Assembly (NCBI GenBank): GCA_019449555.1
Contig: JAGRPN010000363.1
Coordinates: forward strand, 2,884 to 66,883
DNA length: 64,000 nucleotides
Reading direction: 5' to 3'
DNA from: Ramlibacter sp.
GTDB taxonomy: Bacteria > Pseudomonadota > Gammaproteobacteria > Burkholderiales > Burkholderiaceae_C
Numbering within the stretch: position 1 is the first letter of the stretch; the number at the start of each line of letters is the position of its first letter. The notes under the pieces are model-generated. The model was given only the letters and a program-made list of their open reading frames with translations, did no database searches and was not told the DNA's origin. The translations under genes were made by a program, and so were the position numbers. Positions 1 to 12,552 of the stretch are shown in pieces.

Positions 1-52
1 TCAGCGCGGCCAGCGCAAGCGCGCACAGAAGCGCGAACGATGAATTTCTCAT
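1..52 (-). CDS. 5' end of a probable exported protein running off the window edge (MRNSSFALLCALALAAL...)
   Basis: ATG at 52 on the minus strand, followed by a basic-then-hydrophobic signal-peptide-like stretch. Only 17 codons are visible. Confidence 0.4.
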   Translation of the reverse strand, partial: MRNSSFALLCALALAAL

Positions 53-116
53 AAGCCGGAAGTGTGTTCGTGGGCCGCCGGCGCGGAGGTAGGCCAAAAC
101 CGCGAAAATACCCCGC

Positions 117-857
117 ATGACCCAAGAGCTCTTCCGCGCCGACTCGTATCTCAAGGACTGCACCGCCACGGTGGTCGGCATCGATGAGCAAGGCATCGTG
201 CTGGATCGGACGGTGTTCTATCCGCTGGGGGGCGGCCAGGCGGGCGACAGCGGCGTGCTGGTGCTGGCCGACGGCAGCGAGCTGGCAATTGCCGACACGC
301 GCAAGGGTAAGGATCCGGAGGGCCGGCCGACTCATCGGATATGCCATCTGCCCGCGCCCGGCCAGGACGACCGATTGATCCAGCTCAAGCCCGGTGACGC
401 TGTCACCGCTAAGGTTGACTGGCAACGTCGCCACAAGCTGATGCGCTTTCACACCACCACCCACCTGCTCTGCCACCTCGTGCCGCAATTGGTCAACGGC
501 TGCTCGATCACGCCGGACTATGCCCGGCTAGACTTCAACATGACCGACCCGCTGGACAAGGAAGTGCTGACGGCGGGCATTGCCCGGCTCGTGGCCGCCG
601 CCCATCCCGTCGCGGTCGGCTCGATCGCCGAGGAAGAACTCGATGCCAACCCGGCCCTCGTCAAGAGCATGTCGGTGCAGCCGCCGCGCGGCACCGGACG
701 CATCCGCACGATCCGCATCGGCGGCGACACCGCCATCGACTTCCAGCCTTGCGGCGGCACCCATGTGGCCAGCACGGCCGAGATCGGCGCGGTGGTCGTC
801 ACCAAGATCGAGAAAAAGAGCGCCACCACCCGGCGCGTGGTCCTGGGCTTCGCCTGA
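117..857 (+). CDS. alaX: Free-standing alanyl-tRNA editing protein (AlaX family)
   Basis: LDRTVFYPLGGGQAGD N-terminal motif, HxxxH (HTTTH) and QPCGGTH zinc-binding editing motifs. Confidence 0.9.
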   Translation: MTQELFRADSYLKDCTATVVGIDEQGIVLDRTVFYPLGGGQAGDSGVLVLADGSELAIADTRKGKDPEGRPTHRICHLPAPGQDDRLIQLKPGDAVTAKVDWQRRHKLMRFHTTTHLLCHLVPQLVNGCSITPDYARLDFNMTDPLDKEVLTAGIARLVAAAHPVAVGSIAEEELDANPALVKSMSVQPPRGTGRIRTIRIGGDTAIDFQPCGGTHVASTAEIGAVVVTKIEKKSATTRRVVLGFA

Positions 858-894
858 GGAACTTCGCCCCAAAGCCGAGCTCCCACTTGTCACG

Positions 895-3033
895 ATGATC
901 TCCCGCGTCCTGTCCGCTGCCTTCCTCGCAGCCACCCTGCTGTCGCCCGCGGCCGCCTCGGCCCAGGGCGCCGCCAGGAGCGTGGTCACCACCGAGCGCG
1001 TGCGAGCCGAGTTGATCGCGCATGCGCCCGACGGCGTGGTGCCCGGCAAGCAGGTCTGGGTCGGCCTGCAACTGACGCACCAGCCGGAATGGCACACCTA
1101 CTGGAAGAATTCCGGCGACTCGGGCCTGCCCACGCAATTGCAGTGGACCCTGCCGCCCGGCGTGCAGGCTGGCGACATCGCGTGGCCGCTGCCCAGGAAG
1201 ATTTTCATCGGCACGCTGGCCAACTACGGCTACGAAGGCACCGTGCTGCTGCCGGTGCCGCTGACGATCACGCCTGACTTCAAGCCGTCGTTGCTGGCCG
1301 GCGACCTGGACGTGAAATTGAAAGCGCAATGGCTGGTCTGCCGCACCGAATGCATTCCGGAAGACGGCGACTTCACGCTGAAGATCCCCGTCCGGAGCAC
1401 CACGGCCGCCAATGGCGCGGCGTTCGACGCGGCCTTCGCGGCGCAGCCGAAACCGTTGCCCGGACCGGGCAAGGTGCAGGTCGAAGGCAATGCGATCAAC
1501 GTCAGCCTGAGCGGCCTCCCGGCCTCCGTGCGTGGCAAGAACCTGGACTTCTTTCCCGAAACGAGCGAGGTCATCGAAACCGCGGCCAAATGGACCCAGG
1601 CCTGGGATGGCGACACCTGGACCGCCCACGTGCCGCTGTCGCCGCAGCGCGCCAACAGCCCGGCGCTGATGCCGCTGGTGGTCGCGCTCGGGAACAACGG
1701 ATGGCGCGCCGAAGCGAAGGTGAGCGGTGAATGGCCGGCCGTCGCGGCCGCCCCGGAGGCGATCTCTCCTGCCCTGCAGGCGGCCCTGCGCGGCGGCGCG
1801 GGCCCAGGCGCACTGGCCGCGCCCGCCACGCCTTCGCTCACGCTGGTCGCGGCGCTGCTCGGCGCCTTGCTCGGCGGGCTCATCCTCAACCTCATGCCGT
1901 GCGTGTTCCCGATCCTCGCCATCAAGGTGGTGGGCTTCACGCGCCACGCCAACGACCGGCGCGGGCATCGCATCGCCGGCATGGCCTACAGCGCCGGCGT
2001 GATCGCCTCGTTCGCCGCGCTGGGCGCTCTGATGCTGGCCCTGCGCGCGGCCGGCGAACAGCTCGGGTGGGGCTTCCAGTTGCAGTCGCCGGTCGTGGTC
2101 GCCGCGCTGGCCGGGCTCTTCACGCTGATCGGCCTGAACCTGGCCGGCCTGTTCGAGTTCGGCACCTTCCTGCCATCGAGTGTCACTTCCCTGGAGGCGC
2201 GCCATCCGGCGGTCAATTCGTTCCTGTCGGGCGTGCTGGCGGTGGCGGTCGCCTCGCCTTGCACGGCGCCGTTCATGGGCGCCTCGCTCGGATTCGCGAT
2301 CGGGCTGCCGGCGATCGACGCGATGATGGTCTTCGTGGCCATCGGCATCGGGATGGCGGTGCCGTACCTGGCCGCCAGCTGGGTCCCGGCGGTCGCTGCG
2401 CTGCTGCCGCGGCCGGGCGCCTGGATGGGCACCTTCCGCCGCTTCATGGCGTTCCCGATGTTCGCCACGGCGGCCTGGCTGGTGTGGGTGCTGGGACAGC
2501 AAAGCGGCATCGACGGGGCCGGGGCGCTGCTGGCGCTGCTGATCGCCATGAGCATGGTGGTGTGGTCGCTCACGCTGCACGGCCGCGCCCGCGCCGTGAT
2601 CGCCACGATCGCGGTCGCTTGCCTGGTGTTGGTGGCCTGGGCCACCGGGCCCAACATCACGCGCTTGCCGGTGCAGCAGGCCGCCGCCGGCGAGGGGCCG
2701 TGGCAACGCTGGGAGCCCGGGCGCGTGGACCAGTTGCTCGCCTCCGGCCAACCGGTGTTCGTGGACTTCACGGCCGCCTGGTGCGTGACCTGCCAGTACA
2801 ACAAGAAGACGACCCTGGAGCAGCCCGACGTGCTGGCCGATTTCGCCGCGAAGAAAATCGCGCTCTTGCGCGCGGACTGGACCCGGCGCGATCCGGCGAT
2901 CACCGCCGCCCTGGCGCAGTTGGGCCGCAACGGCGTGCCGGTGTACGTCGTGTACGCGAAGAACCGGCCCCCGGTCGTGCTGTCCGAAGTGCTGAGCCCC
3001 GACGAGGTGCGTTCGGCGATTGCCCGGCTCTGA
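895..3033 (+). CDS. dsbD: Protein-disulfide reductase DsbD family (N-terminal domain, TM domain, thioredoxin domain)
   Basis: Signal peptide, WHTYWKNSGDSG, TM cysteines in MPCVFP and SPCTAP, C-terminal WCVTC thioredoxin motif. ATG 895 chosen over the GC-shadow extension from 580. Confidence 0.88.
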   Translation: MISRVLSAAFLAATLLSPAAASAQGAARSVVTTERVRAELIAHAPDGVVPGKQVWVGLQLTHQPEWHTYWKNSGDSGLPTQLQWTLPPGVQAGDIAWPLPRKIFIGTLANYGYEGTVLLPVPLTITPDFKPSLLAGDLDVKLKAQWLVCRTECIPEDGDFTLKIPVRSTTAANGAAFDAAFAAQPKPLPGPGKVQVEGNAINVSLSGLPASVRGKNLDFFPETSEVIETAAKWTQAWDGDTWTAHVPLSPQRANSPALMPLVVALGNNGWRAEAKVSGEWPAVAAAPEAISPALQAALRGGAGPGALAAPATPSLTLVAALLGALLGGLILNLMPCVFPILAIKVVGFTRHANDRRGHRIAGMAYSAGVIASFAALGALMLALRAAGEQLGWGFQLQSPVVVAALAGLFTLIGLNLAGLFEFGTFLPSSVTSLEARHPAVNSFLSGVLAVAVASPCTAPFMGASLGFAIGLPAIDAMMVFVAIGIGMAVPYLAASWVPAVAALLPRPGAWMGTFRRFMAFPMFATAAWLVWVLGQQSGIDGAGALLALLIAMSMVVWSLTLHGRARAVIATIAVACLVLVAWATGPNITRLPVQQAAAGEGPWQRWEPGRVDQLLASGQPVFVDFTAAWCVTCQYNKKTTLEQPDVLADFAAKKIALLRADWTRRDPAITAALAQLGRNGVPVYVVYAKNRPPVVLSEVLSPDEVRSAIARL

Positions 3034-3068
3034 CCGGGCGGCGCGCCGGCTTGCGTACACTGGTGCGC

Positions 3069-3560
3069 ATGAACGACATCGCCACCTTGCGCCGCATCCT
3101 GGGCACCTGCAAGACGGTCGCCGTGGTCGGCCTCTCGCCGCAATGGCACCGGCCGAGTTTTTTCGCGGCCAAGTACCTGCAGGCGCACGGCTACCGCATC
3201 GTCCCGGTGAACCCCACCGCCAGTGAAATCCTCGGCGAGCGCTGCTACCCCAGCGTGAGCGCAGCCGCCGCGGCGTTGGGTGCGCGCGGCGAGAAGATCG
3301 ACCTGGTCGATTGCTTTCGCAGGAGCGAGGACATTCCGCCCATCGCCGACGAGGCCATCGCGATCGGCGCGCGCTGCCTGTGGATGCAGATCGGCGTCAT
3401 CGACGAGCAGGCGGCCGCCAAGGCCCGCGACAGCGGCCTGGACGTGGTGATGGACCGGTGCGTGAAGATCGAGCATGCGCGCCTGTTCGGCGGCTTGAAC
3501 TGGGCCGGCGTCAACACCCGCGTGATCTCCTCGCGGCGGCCGCAACACCTGCCCTACTGA
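3069..3560 (+). CDS. CoA-binding protein (YccU-like)
   Basis: VAVVGLS, YRIVPVNP, IDLVDCFRRS, LWMQIGV, VVMDRCVKIEH. Stop overlaps the next start. Confidence 0.85.
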   Translation: MNDIATLRRILGTCKTVAVVGLSPQWHRPSFFAAKYLQAHGYRIVPVNPTASEILGERCYPSVSAAAAALGARGEKIDLVDCFRRSEDIPPIADEAIAIGARCLWMQIGVIDEQAAAKARDSGLDVVMDRCVKIEHARLFGGLNWAGVNTRVISSRRPQHLPY

Positions 3561-4918
3561 TGAGCCAGGAACCCAAACCCGCGGGCCGCCCGGCCGCGAT
3601 CGCCGATCACGAATACGGCTTCGGCACGCGCGCCATCCATGCCGGGGCCACGCCCGACCCGGTGACCGGCGCGCGCGCCACGCCGATCCACCAGACCACC
3701 AGTTTCGTGTTCGACTCGGCCGAACACGCCGCGAGCCTGTTCAACCTGCAGACCTTCGGCAACGTGTACAGCCGCATCAGCAATCCCACGGTGGCGGTGC
3801 TGGAGGAGCGCGTGGCCTCGCTCGAAGGCGGTCGCGCGGCGCTGGCTTGCGCCACCGGCATGGCGGCGCAGATGACCGCGCTGCTGGCCATCGTGAAGGC
3901 GGGCGACCATATCGTGGCGGCCTCGACGCTCTACGGCGGCAGCGTCGGCCAGCTCGGCATCGGCTTCTCGCGCCTGGGCATCGAGACGACCTTCGTCGAT
4001 CCGCAGGATCCGGAGAATTTCCGCGCGGCGATCCGGCCCACCACGCGCGCGCTGTACGGCGAGACCCTGGGCAATCCGCTGGTGAACGTGCTCGACATCG
4101 AGAGCGTGGCGAAGATCGCGCACGAGCACGGCCTGCCCCTCATCGTCGACAACACCGTGCCGAGCCCCTACCTGTGCACGCCGTTCGCGTTCGGCGCGGA
4201 CATCGTGGTGCACAGCGCCACCAAGTACCTGGGCGGGCATGGCACGACGATGGCGGGCGTGCTCGTCGAGTCGGGCAAGTTCGACTGGGGCTCGGCCCTG
4301 TCGAAGGACAAGTTCCCGGAGATGCTGGAGCCCAGCCGCGCCTACCACGGCGTCAAGTTCTACGAGACGTTCGGTGACTTCGGCTACACGATGAAGGCGC
4401 GCATGGAGGTCAACCGCACCTTCGGCGGCGCGCTCTCGCCGCTCAACGCGTGGCTGATCCTGCAAGGCATCGAGACGCTGCACCTGCGCATGCAGGCGCA
4501 TTGCCGCAATGCCCGCCGGGTGGCCGAATTCCTGCGCGAGCACGCGCTGGTGAGCTGGGTCAATTACCCGGGCCTCGCCGATTCGCCGCACCATGCGCTG
4601 GCGAAAAAGCAGTTCCGCGGCATCGACGGCCAGCCGGGCGCGTCCGGCATCCTGACTTTCGGCATCAAGGCGCGCGACGCGGCCCGCGCCGGCGAGCGCT
4701 TCATCGACGCCTGCGAATTCCTGAGCCACCTGGCCAACATCGGCGATGCCAAGACGCTGGTGATCCATCCGGCTTCCACGACGCACCGCCAGCTCAACGA
4801 AGAGGAGCTGGCGCGTGCCGGCGTGCGCCCCGACATGGTCCGCCTGTCGGTGGGCATCGAGGACGCCGACGACATCCTGTGGGACATCGACCAGGCGCTG
4901 CGCCAGGCGGTCCGGTAA
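3560..4918 (+). CDS. metY: O-acetylhomoserine aminocarboxypropyltransferase / sulfhydrylase (Cys/Met metabolism PLP enzyme)
   Basis: PIHQTTSF, YSRISNPT, PLP lysine motif HSATKYLGGHG, HLANIGDAKTLVIHPASTTHRQL. Confidence 0.88.
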   Translation: MSQEPKPAGRPAAIADHEYGFGTRAIHAGATPDPVTGARATPIHQTTSFVFDSAEHAASLFNLQTFGNVYSRISNPTVAVLEERVASLEGGRAALACATGMAAQMTALLAIVKAGDHIVAASTLYGGSVGQLGIGFSRLGIETTFVDPQDPENFRAAIRPTTRALYGETLGNPLVNVLDIESVAKIAHEHGLPLIVDNTVPSPYLCTPFAFGADIVVHSATKYLGGHGTTMAGVLVESGKFDWGSALSKDKFPEMLEPSRAYHGVKFYETFGDFGYTMKARMEVNRTFGGALSPLNAWLILQGIETLHLRMQAHCRNARRVAEFLREHALVSWVNYPGLADSPHHALAKKQFRGIDGQPGASGILTFGIKARDAARAGERFIDACEFLSHLANIGDAKTLVIHPASTTHRQLNEEELARAGVRPDMVRLSVGIEDADDILWDIDQALRQAVR

Positions 4919-4925
4919 GAACTGG

Positions 4926-6131
4926 TCAGGCTGTCCCGACCGCCTGCAGGCACACGTACAGCCCCGGGATCGGCTCGCGCTGGTCCTCCCTGATCGGAGC
5001 CCGCGAGATGGCCTGGATCTCGAAACCATGGCGCAGGGCGAGCGCGCGCAGGTAGCGCTCGGAGTGGGCATAACGCTGGCTGGGCCGCAGCACGAAATCG
5101 CGATCGTCGGGTGCCAGTTCCACCGAAAAGCAGAAGCTGCCGCCCGGCTCCAGCACCCGCGAGACGCCGTCGAATACGTCTTCGAGCGCGCCCACATAGA
5201 TGAACACATCGGCCGACACCACCAGCTCGTAGCGCTGGCGCGTGGTCTCCAGGCAGTGGACGATATCGTCCTGCACCAGCCCCTCGTACAGGCCGAGGCT
5301 TGCTGCTTTCGCCAGCATGTTGGCCGACAGATCGACGCCGTCCAGCACGTCGGCCAGCGGCTTGACCAGCGCAGCGCACAGGCCGGTGCCGCACCCCAGG
5401 TCGAGCGCGCGGGAGAAAGTGCGCCCCAGGCTCGCCAGCTGCGCCGCCAGCACCCGGGGCGCCTGGTAATTCAGCACCTGCACCAGGTGTTCGTCGAACT
5501 TGTCGGCGTAGCCGTCGAACAGGAATTCGACGTACCGCAGGGGCGTTCTGGCGGGCTGCTCGCGCCCGTTCAGGGAGGCGAGGAAATACCGATTCAACTC
5601 GGGGGCGTCGCCGTGGTCGATCGCCTGCTGGAAGGCCGCCGCGGCTTGCTCGAAGCGGCCGAGATCCTTGAGCACGCCGCCGCGGCGGCTCCAGGCCTGG
5701 CCCAGTGCCGGATCACGCGCCAGCGCCGTGTCGTACGACGCCAGCGCCGCCTCGAGGCGCTCCAGCTCCTGCAGCGACTCGCCTTGCAACAGCCATGCTT
5801 TTGCGTCGGCGGGCCGCAACGCCAATACGCGCGACCAGTCGGCCAGCGCATCCTCGTGGCGTCCCAGCATGCCCAGTGCGAGGGCGCGGTGCTGCAGGGC
5901 ATCGACCGCATCGGCTTCCCGCGTCAACGCCTGGTCGAGCACCTGCAGCGCCTCCTGCGCCTTGCCCAGTTTGAGCCGGGTGGCACCGAGATTCGCCAGC
6001 GTGGAGGGACGCCCCGGCAGCAGCGCCAGTGATGCCTCGAATTGCCGCTCCGCCTCGGCGAAGCGGCCGGCCTCATGCAGTCGCACGCCGTCGATGAAGA
6101 GGTCCCGGGCACGTTCGAACGATTCGCTCAT
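4926..6131 (-). CDS. TPR-repeat protein with C-terminal class I SAM-dependent methyltransferase
   Basis: Several TPR-like helical repeats, then [14 protein letters not shown] and the [11 protein letters not shown] motif. Confidence 0.8.
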   Translation of the reverse strand: MSESFERARDLFIDGVRLHEAGRFAEAERQFEASLALLPGRPSTLANLGATRLKLGKAQEALQVLDQALTREADAVDALQHRALALGMLGRHEDALADWSRVLALRPADAKAWLLQGESLQELERLEAALASYDTALARDPALGQAWSRRGGVLKDLGRFEQAAAAFQQAIDHGDAPELNRYFLASLNGREQPARTPLRYVEFLFDGYADKFDEHLVQVLNYQAPRVLAAQLASLGRTFSRALDLGCGTGLCAALVKPLADVLDGVDLSANMLAKAASLGLYEGLVQDDIVHCLETTRQRYELVVSADVFIYVGALEDVFDGVSRVLEPGGSFCFSVELAPDDRDFVLRPSQRYAHSERYLRALALRHGFEIQAISRAPIREDQREPIPGLYVCLQAVGTA

Positions 6132-6199
6132 GGGGATCGATTGTGCGGTCAGCAGCGGGCCCGGTTCCGCCGCTGCGGCTGGCTGCGACAATGGAGGCC

Positions 6200-7300
6200 A
6201 TGAATTTCGCACTGCTCCAAAACGACACGTTCCTGCGCGCCTGCCTGCGCCTCGAGACACCTTACACACCGGTGTGGCTGATGCGCCAGGCCGGCCGCTA
6301 CCTGCCCGAATACCGCGAAACGCGCGCCCGGGCCGGCAGCTTCATGGGCCTGGCGACCAACGTCGACTATGCGACCGAGGTCACGTTGCAGCCCGTGGAC
6401 CGCTATGCGCTGGACGCCGCGATCCTGTTCTCGGACATCCTCACCGTGCCCGATGCGATGGGCCTGGGCCTGAGTTTCGCGCTCGGCGAAGGGCCGCGCT
6501 TCGCCACGCCGGTGCGCGACGAAGCCGGCGTCAGCGCGCTGCGCGTGCCCGACATGGAAAAGCTGCGCTATGTGTTCGATGCGGTCACCTCCATCCGCAA
6601 GGCCCTCGCCGGCCGGGTGCCGCTGATCGGGTTTTCCGGCAGCCCCTGGACGCTCGCGTGCTACATGGTCGAGGGCGCCGGCTCGGACGACTATCGCCGC
6701 GTCAAGACGATGCTTTACAGCCGGCCCGACCTGATGCACAAGATCTTGCAGGTCAACGCCGATGCGGTCGCCGCCTACCTCAACGCGCAGATCGAGGCGG
6801 GCGCGCAAGCCGTGATGATTTTCGACAGCTGGGGCGGCGTGCTGGCCGATGGCGCGTTCCAGGAATTCAGCCTGGCCTACACGGCGCGCGTGCTCGGACA
6901 GCTCAAACGCGAGCACGACTCGGCGGTCATTCCACGCATCGTGTTCACCAAGGGCGGCGGCTTGTGGCTGCAGGAAATGGGTGACCTCGAATGCGAGGTG
7001 CTCGGGCTCGACTGGACCGTGAACCTCGGCCGCGCGCGTGCGCTGGTGGGTTCGCGCAAGGCGCTGCAGGGCAACCTCGACCCGAACGTGCTGTTTGCCA
7101 AACCGGAGCAGATCGATGCGCAGGTCGCGCATGTCCTCGACAGTTTCGGTGCGCCGCACGTGGGCGCGGGCGCTGCGGCGGGGCACATCTTCAACCTCGG
7201 CCACGGCATCAGCCAGCACACGCCGCCCGAGAACGTGCAGATGCTCGTGGATGCGGTACACGCGCGTTCCCGAGCGATGAGAAACCGGCCAAGCGCCTGA
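6200..7300 (+). CDS. hemE: Uroporphyrinogen decarboxylase
   Basis: [53 protein letters not shown]. Confidence 0.97.
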   Translation: MNFALLQNDTFLRACLRLETPYTPVWLMRQAGRYLPEYRETRARAGSFMGLATNVDYATEVTLQPVDRYALDAAILFSDILTVPDAMGLGLSFALGEGPRFATPVRDEAGVSALRVPDMEKLRYVFDAVTSIRKALAGRVPLIGFSGSPWTLACYMVEGAGSDDYRRVKTMLYSRPDLMHKILQVNADAVAAYLNAQIEAGAQAVMIFDSWGGVLADGAFQEFSLAYTARVLGQLKREHDSAVIPRIVFTKGGGLWLQEMGDLECEVLGLDWTVNLGRARALVGSRKALQGNLDPNVLFAKPEQIDAQVAHVLDSFGAPHVGAGAAAGHIFNLGHGISQHTPPENVQMLVDAVHARSRAMRNRPSA

Positions 7301-7367
7301 TCAGGGTGTTCGTCATCGGGGTGTTCCCTAGCCACAGGCTCTGCAAAAAGTTTGCCAGACACTTGAC

Positions 7368-7598
7368 TTATGCACAAAAGCTGTGTCGCGGGGCACAAGA
7401 ATCGCCGGGCGCTGCTACAAAACCGATAGCGCTCGTAAGTGCTTGATTGTGAACGGTTTTTTTTGCCGCGCTTTTTTGCGGTTTCCCAGGCAAGGCCTTG
7501 ATTTTCCTGGGTCCGGGGCGCATCCGGGGGGTCCTATCAACAAACTTATCCACAGATTTATGAAACGCCCGGCAAACTGCTGTGAAATCAAACACTTA
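7368..7598. promoter_or_regulatory. Cluster of DnaA boxes and IHF sites in an AT-enriched spacer
   Basis: TTATCCACA 7546-7554 (perfect), TTATGCACA 7368-7376 (1 mismatch), CTATCAACA 7534-7542 (2 mismatches). WATCAANNNNTTR matches at 7436-7448 (-), 7491-7503 (-) and 7586-7598 (+). Confidence 0.7.
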
Positions 7599-7649
7599 AA
7601 CGGTGTTTCGGAAATCAACCTGAACACAATCGGCTAACCCGATCTTTCC

Positions 7650-9737
<2,088 letters not shown>

Positions 9738-9864
9738 AGCCCCGGCGACAGCGCCGCCGGTGGGCGGCAAGCGCCGGCCGCCGTATCGCCCATGCAGGCG
9801 ATTCCCGACCGGCGTAGTCGATGCCACAATCGCCCCCTTCTTCTCCGCGTTGCGGGAGGGCTCG

Positions 9865-10524
9865 ATGCGAACCAGCGTGCTGATCGTCGAGGACGAGCCG
9901 GAGTTCTTGCTGCGGTTCTCCAAGGCGGTGTGGGCCGATCCGGCATTGAACCTGGTGGCTGCCGTGTCGACCGGGCGGGCCGCTCAGGCGATGCTCGACG
10001 CCGAGTGCCCGGACGTCATGCTGATCGACCTCGGGCTGCCGGACTCCAACGGTGTGGACATCATCCGCTACGCCGCCGCGCACCATCCCGCATGCGACGT
10101 GCTCGTGGTCACGATGTTCGGCGACGACCAGCACGTGCTGGCCTCCATCGAGGCGGGTGCGACCGGCTATCTCCTGAAGGATGCGATGGCCGAACACATC
10201 GCAGCGAGCATCCACGAAGTGCGCGCCGGCGGCTCGCCGATCAGCCCGGGCATCGCCCGGCGTGTGCTCGCGCGGTTCCGGGTAGTGGCGACTCCCACGC
10301 CGAGCCCCGAACCCGATCATGCAGGAAAGCCTTCGCCCCTGACCGAGCGCGAGACCGAACTGCTGCGCCTCACCGCGAAGGGGCTGAGCTTCGACACCAT
10401 CGGTGAGCTGATGGGCATCTCGTCCCACACCGTGGTGGCGCACGTGAAGAAGATCTACCGCAAGCTGGCGGTGCATTCGCGTGCCGAGGCGGTGTACGAA
10501 GCCGGGCAGTTGGGGCTGTTGTGA
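9865..10524 (+). CDS. NarL/LuxR-family response regulator
   Basis: Receiver domain (IVEDE, DLGLPD, GYLLK) and LuxR HTH (LTERETELLRL...HVKKIYRKL). Confidence 0.9.
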   Translation: MRTSVLIVEDEPEFLLRFSKAVWADPALNLVAAVSTGRAAQAMLDAECPDVMLIDLGLPDSNGVDIIRYAAAHHPACDVLVVTMFGDDQHVLASIEAGATGYLLKDAMAEHIAASIHEVRAGGSPISPGIARRVLARFRVVATPTPSPEPDHAGKPSPLTERETELLRLTAKGLSFDTIGELMGISSHTVVAHVKKIYRKLAVHSRAEAVYEAGQLGLL

Positions 10525-12413
10525 GGCCATTGCATGCTGTCGCCGGGGCGGCGCGGTGGGCGCGGGTCATCGCCGCGGCCCTCGGTTTCGCCTGCGCCGC
10601 AACCGCTGCGCCAGCCGCCGTGATCGAGCCGGCGCAAGCGTCGATGCTGACGGCGCCGGACACCGCGCCACCGGCGCGCGAGCGCCCGTGGAAGACGGCG
10701 GCCCTGCCAGACATCTGGCGGCAGGTGCGTCCCGGCGTGCCGCCGGCAGTCACGTGGTACCGCATCGATTTTCCCTACCCCGCGAACGCCCGGCCGGGCG
10801 AACCCTGGGGGCTGTACCTGCCTTACCTGTACGACGGCGGCGAGGTCTGGCTCAACGGCGCGCTCGCGGCGCAGATCCAGCAAAGCTCGCCGGCCGTGCA
10901 CATCCGCTGGGCGCGGCCGCACCTGGTGCCGCTGCCCTCTTCGCTGCTGCGCGCCGGCAGCAACGAACTGGCGGTGCGCGCCGCCTTGCCGCGCGAGGGC
11001 GCGGCCGTGGGCTTTCCGCGCGCGAGCGTGGGCCCGCTGGCCGAACTCCTGCCGCTGTATGAACGGCGCTTCTTCTGGGTGCACATCACGCCGCAGATCA
11101 GCGCGTCGGTGTGCCTGCTGGTCGCGGGCTTCGTCCTGTTCATCTGGTGGCGCCGCAGGAGCGAGGTGCTGTACGGCTTGTTCGGCCTGGCCGCGGGCCT
11201 CTGGGGAATCCGGACGCTGACGTTCGTGGTCGAGGCGGTGCCGCTGGAACGCTGGCTGCTCTGGCGCATGACGTACCTGGGCGCGACCGGCGGCTTCATC
11301 GTCGCGATGGCGATCCTTGCCTTGCGTTTCGCCGGCCTGCGCTACGTGTGGACCGAACGCGCACTCGTGCTGTACTGGCTGGCCGGCCCCGTGTGGCTGC
11401 TGGCGGGCGGCGCCGCGGTCGAGCCGCTGGTGAACCATTACTGGATCGGCGGTTTCCTGCCGATCGGCATCGCCATCGTGCTCGTTTCGCTGCACACAGT
11501 CTGGCGGCAACGCACCTTCGCGGCCGCCGTGCTGCCGGTGGCGATGATCCTGGCGGTGCTGGCGGGCCTGCATGACTACCTCGTGAACTGGAGCGTCGGG
11601 GGCATCGCGCAGTGGCTCATGCCGGGCTGGGCCGGCCATCGCATCTTCCTGCTGCACCATGGCGCGAATCTGGTGCTCGTCGCGATGGGCGGCGTCCTGA
11701 CGGCGCGCTTCATCCAGGCGCTCGGCTCGCTCGAAGCGCTGAACCAGACGCTCGAATCGCGCGTGGCCGATCGCGAGCGCGAACTGGCCGCCAATTACGC
11801 GCGCATGGCGGACCTGCAGCGCCGGCATGCCGCAGCCGAGGAACGCCAGCTGATCATGCGCGACATCCACGACGGGCTCGGGTCGCAGCTGTTCGTGTCG
11901 CTGTCGCGGGTGGAGCGCGGCGACATGCAGGGCGCCCAGATCGCCGGCGCGCTGCGCGCCTGCATCGCCGACATGCGGCTCGCGCTCGACACGCTCGCGC
12001 CGGACGACAACGACTTCCGCTCCAAGCTGGGCGACTTCCTGTTTCGCTGGCGCACCCAGCTCGAAGCCGCCGGCGTCCACGCGGCCTGGACGATCGACGT
12101 GCCCGAAGGCGCGCTCGACATCACGCCGCACGCCGCGCTGCAGCTGCTGCGCATCGCGCAGGAAGCCTTGACCAACGTGCTGAAGCACGCGCAGGCCACG
12201 CGGGTCGAGGTCCGGCTGCGGCAAACCGGCGAGCGCCTCGAGCTCGAAGTGCAGGACAACGGCCGCGGGGCCGAAGCGCCGGCCGCAAGCGGACGCGGCA
12301 TCGGGAACATGCGCGCGCGCGCGCGGCAACTCGGCGCCGAGCTGCAGGTGCGCGCGAGCCCGGGGGGAACCTGCGTCGCGCTGCAGGTTCCCATGAACGC
12401 GGTACGCGCCTGA
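10521..12413 (+). CDS. Membrane sensor histidine kinase (periplasmic domain, about 7 TM, HisKA_3 type)
   Basis: GTG start overlaps the regulator stop. Many TM segments, H-box MRDIHDGLG, QEALTNVLKHA, DNGRG, GRGIGNM. Confidence 0.88.
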   Translation: MRPLHAVAGAARWARVIAAALGFACAATAAPAAVIEPAQASMLTAPDTAPPARERPWKTAALPDIWRQVRPGVPPAVTWYRIDFPYPANARPGEPWGLYLPYLYDGGEVWLNGALAAQIQQSSPAVHIRWARPHLVPLPSSLLRAGSNELAVRAALPREGAAVGFPRASVGPLAELLPLYERRFFWVHITPQISASVCLLVAGFVLFIWWRRRSEVLYGLFGLAAGLWGIRTLTFVVEAVPLERWLLWRMTYLGATGGFIVAMAILALRFAGLRYVWTERALVLYWLAGPVWLLAGGAAVEPLVNHYWIGGFLPIGIAIVLVSLHTVWRQRTFAAAVLPVAMILAVLAGLHDYLVNWSVGGIAQWLMPGWAGHRIFLLHHGANLVLVAMGGVLTARFIQALGSLEALNQTLESRVADRERELAANYARMADLQRRHAAAEERQLIMRDIHDGLGSQLFVSLSRVERGDMQGAQIAGALRACIADMRLALDTLAPDDNDFRSKLGDFLFRWRTQLEAAGVHAAWTIDVPEGALDITPHAALQLLRIAQEALTNVLKHAQATRVEVRLRQTGERLELEVQDNGRGAEAPAASGRGIGNMRARARQLGAELQVRASPGGTCVALQVPMNAVRA

Positions 12414-12552
12414 CGCCGCCGCGCCGCGCGCGCCGCCGCATCCCGCGAAGGCGCGACGGTCAATCGCGGAGGCGCTATTTTCGCGGGCGCGGTCCTTTCC
12501 TAGATTGAGCACACGCCGGCTTGGCGTGCAACGCTTCGAGCAGGAGGCCCCC

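Noticed and set aside
117-4918. alaX-dsbD-CoA-binding-metY as a novel sulfur or thiol system
   Set aside because: All are common housekeeping families, and the CoA-binding/metY pairing is widespread. No unusual sequence feature was seen.
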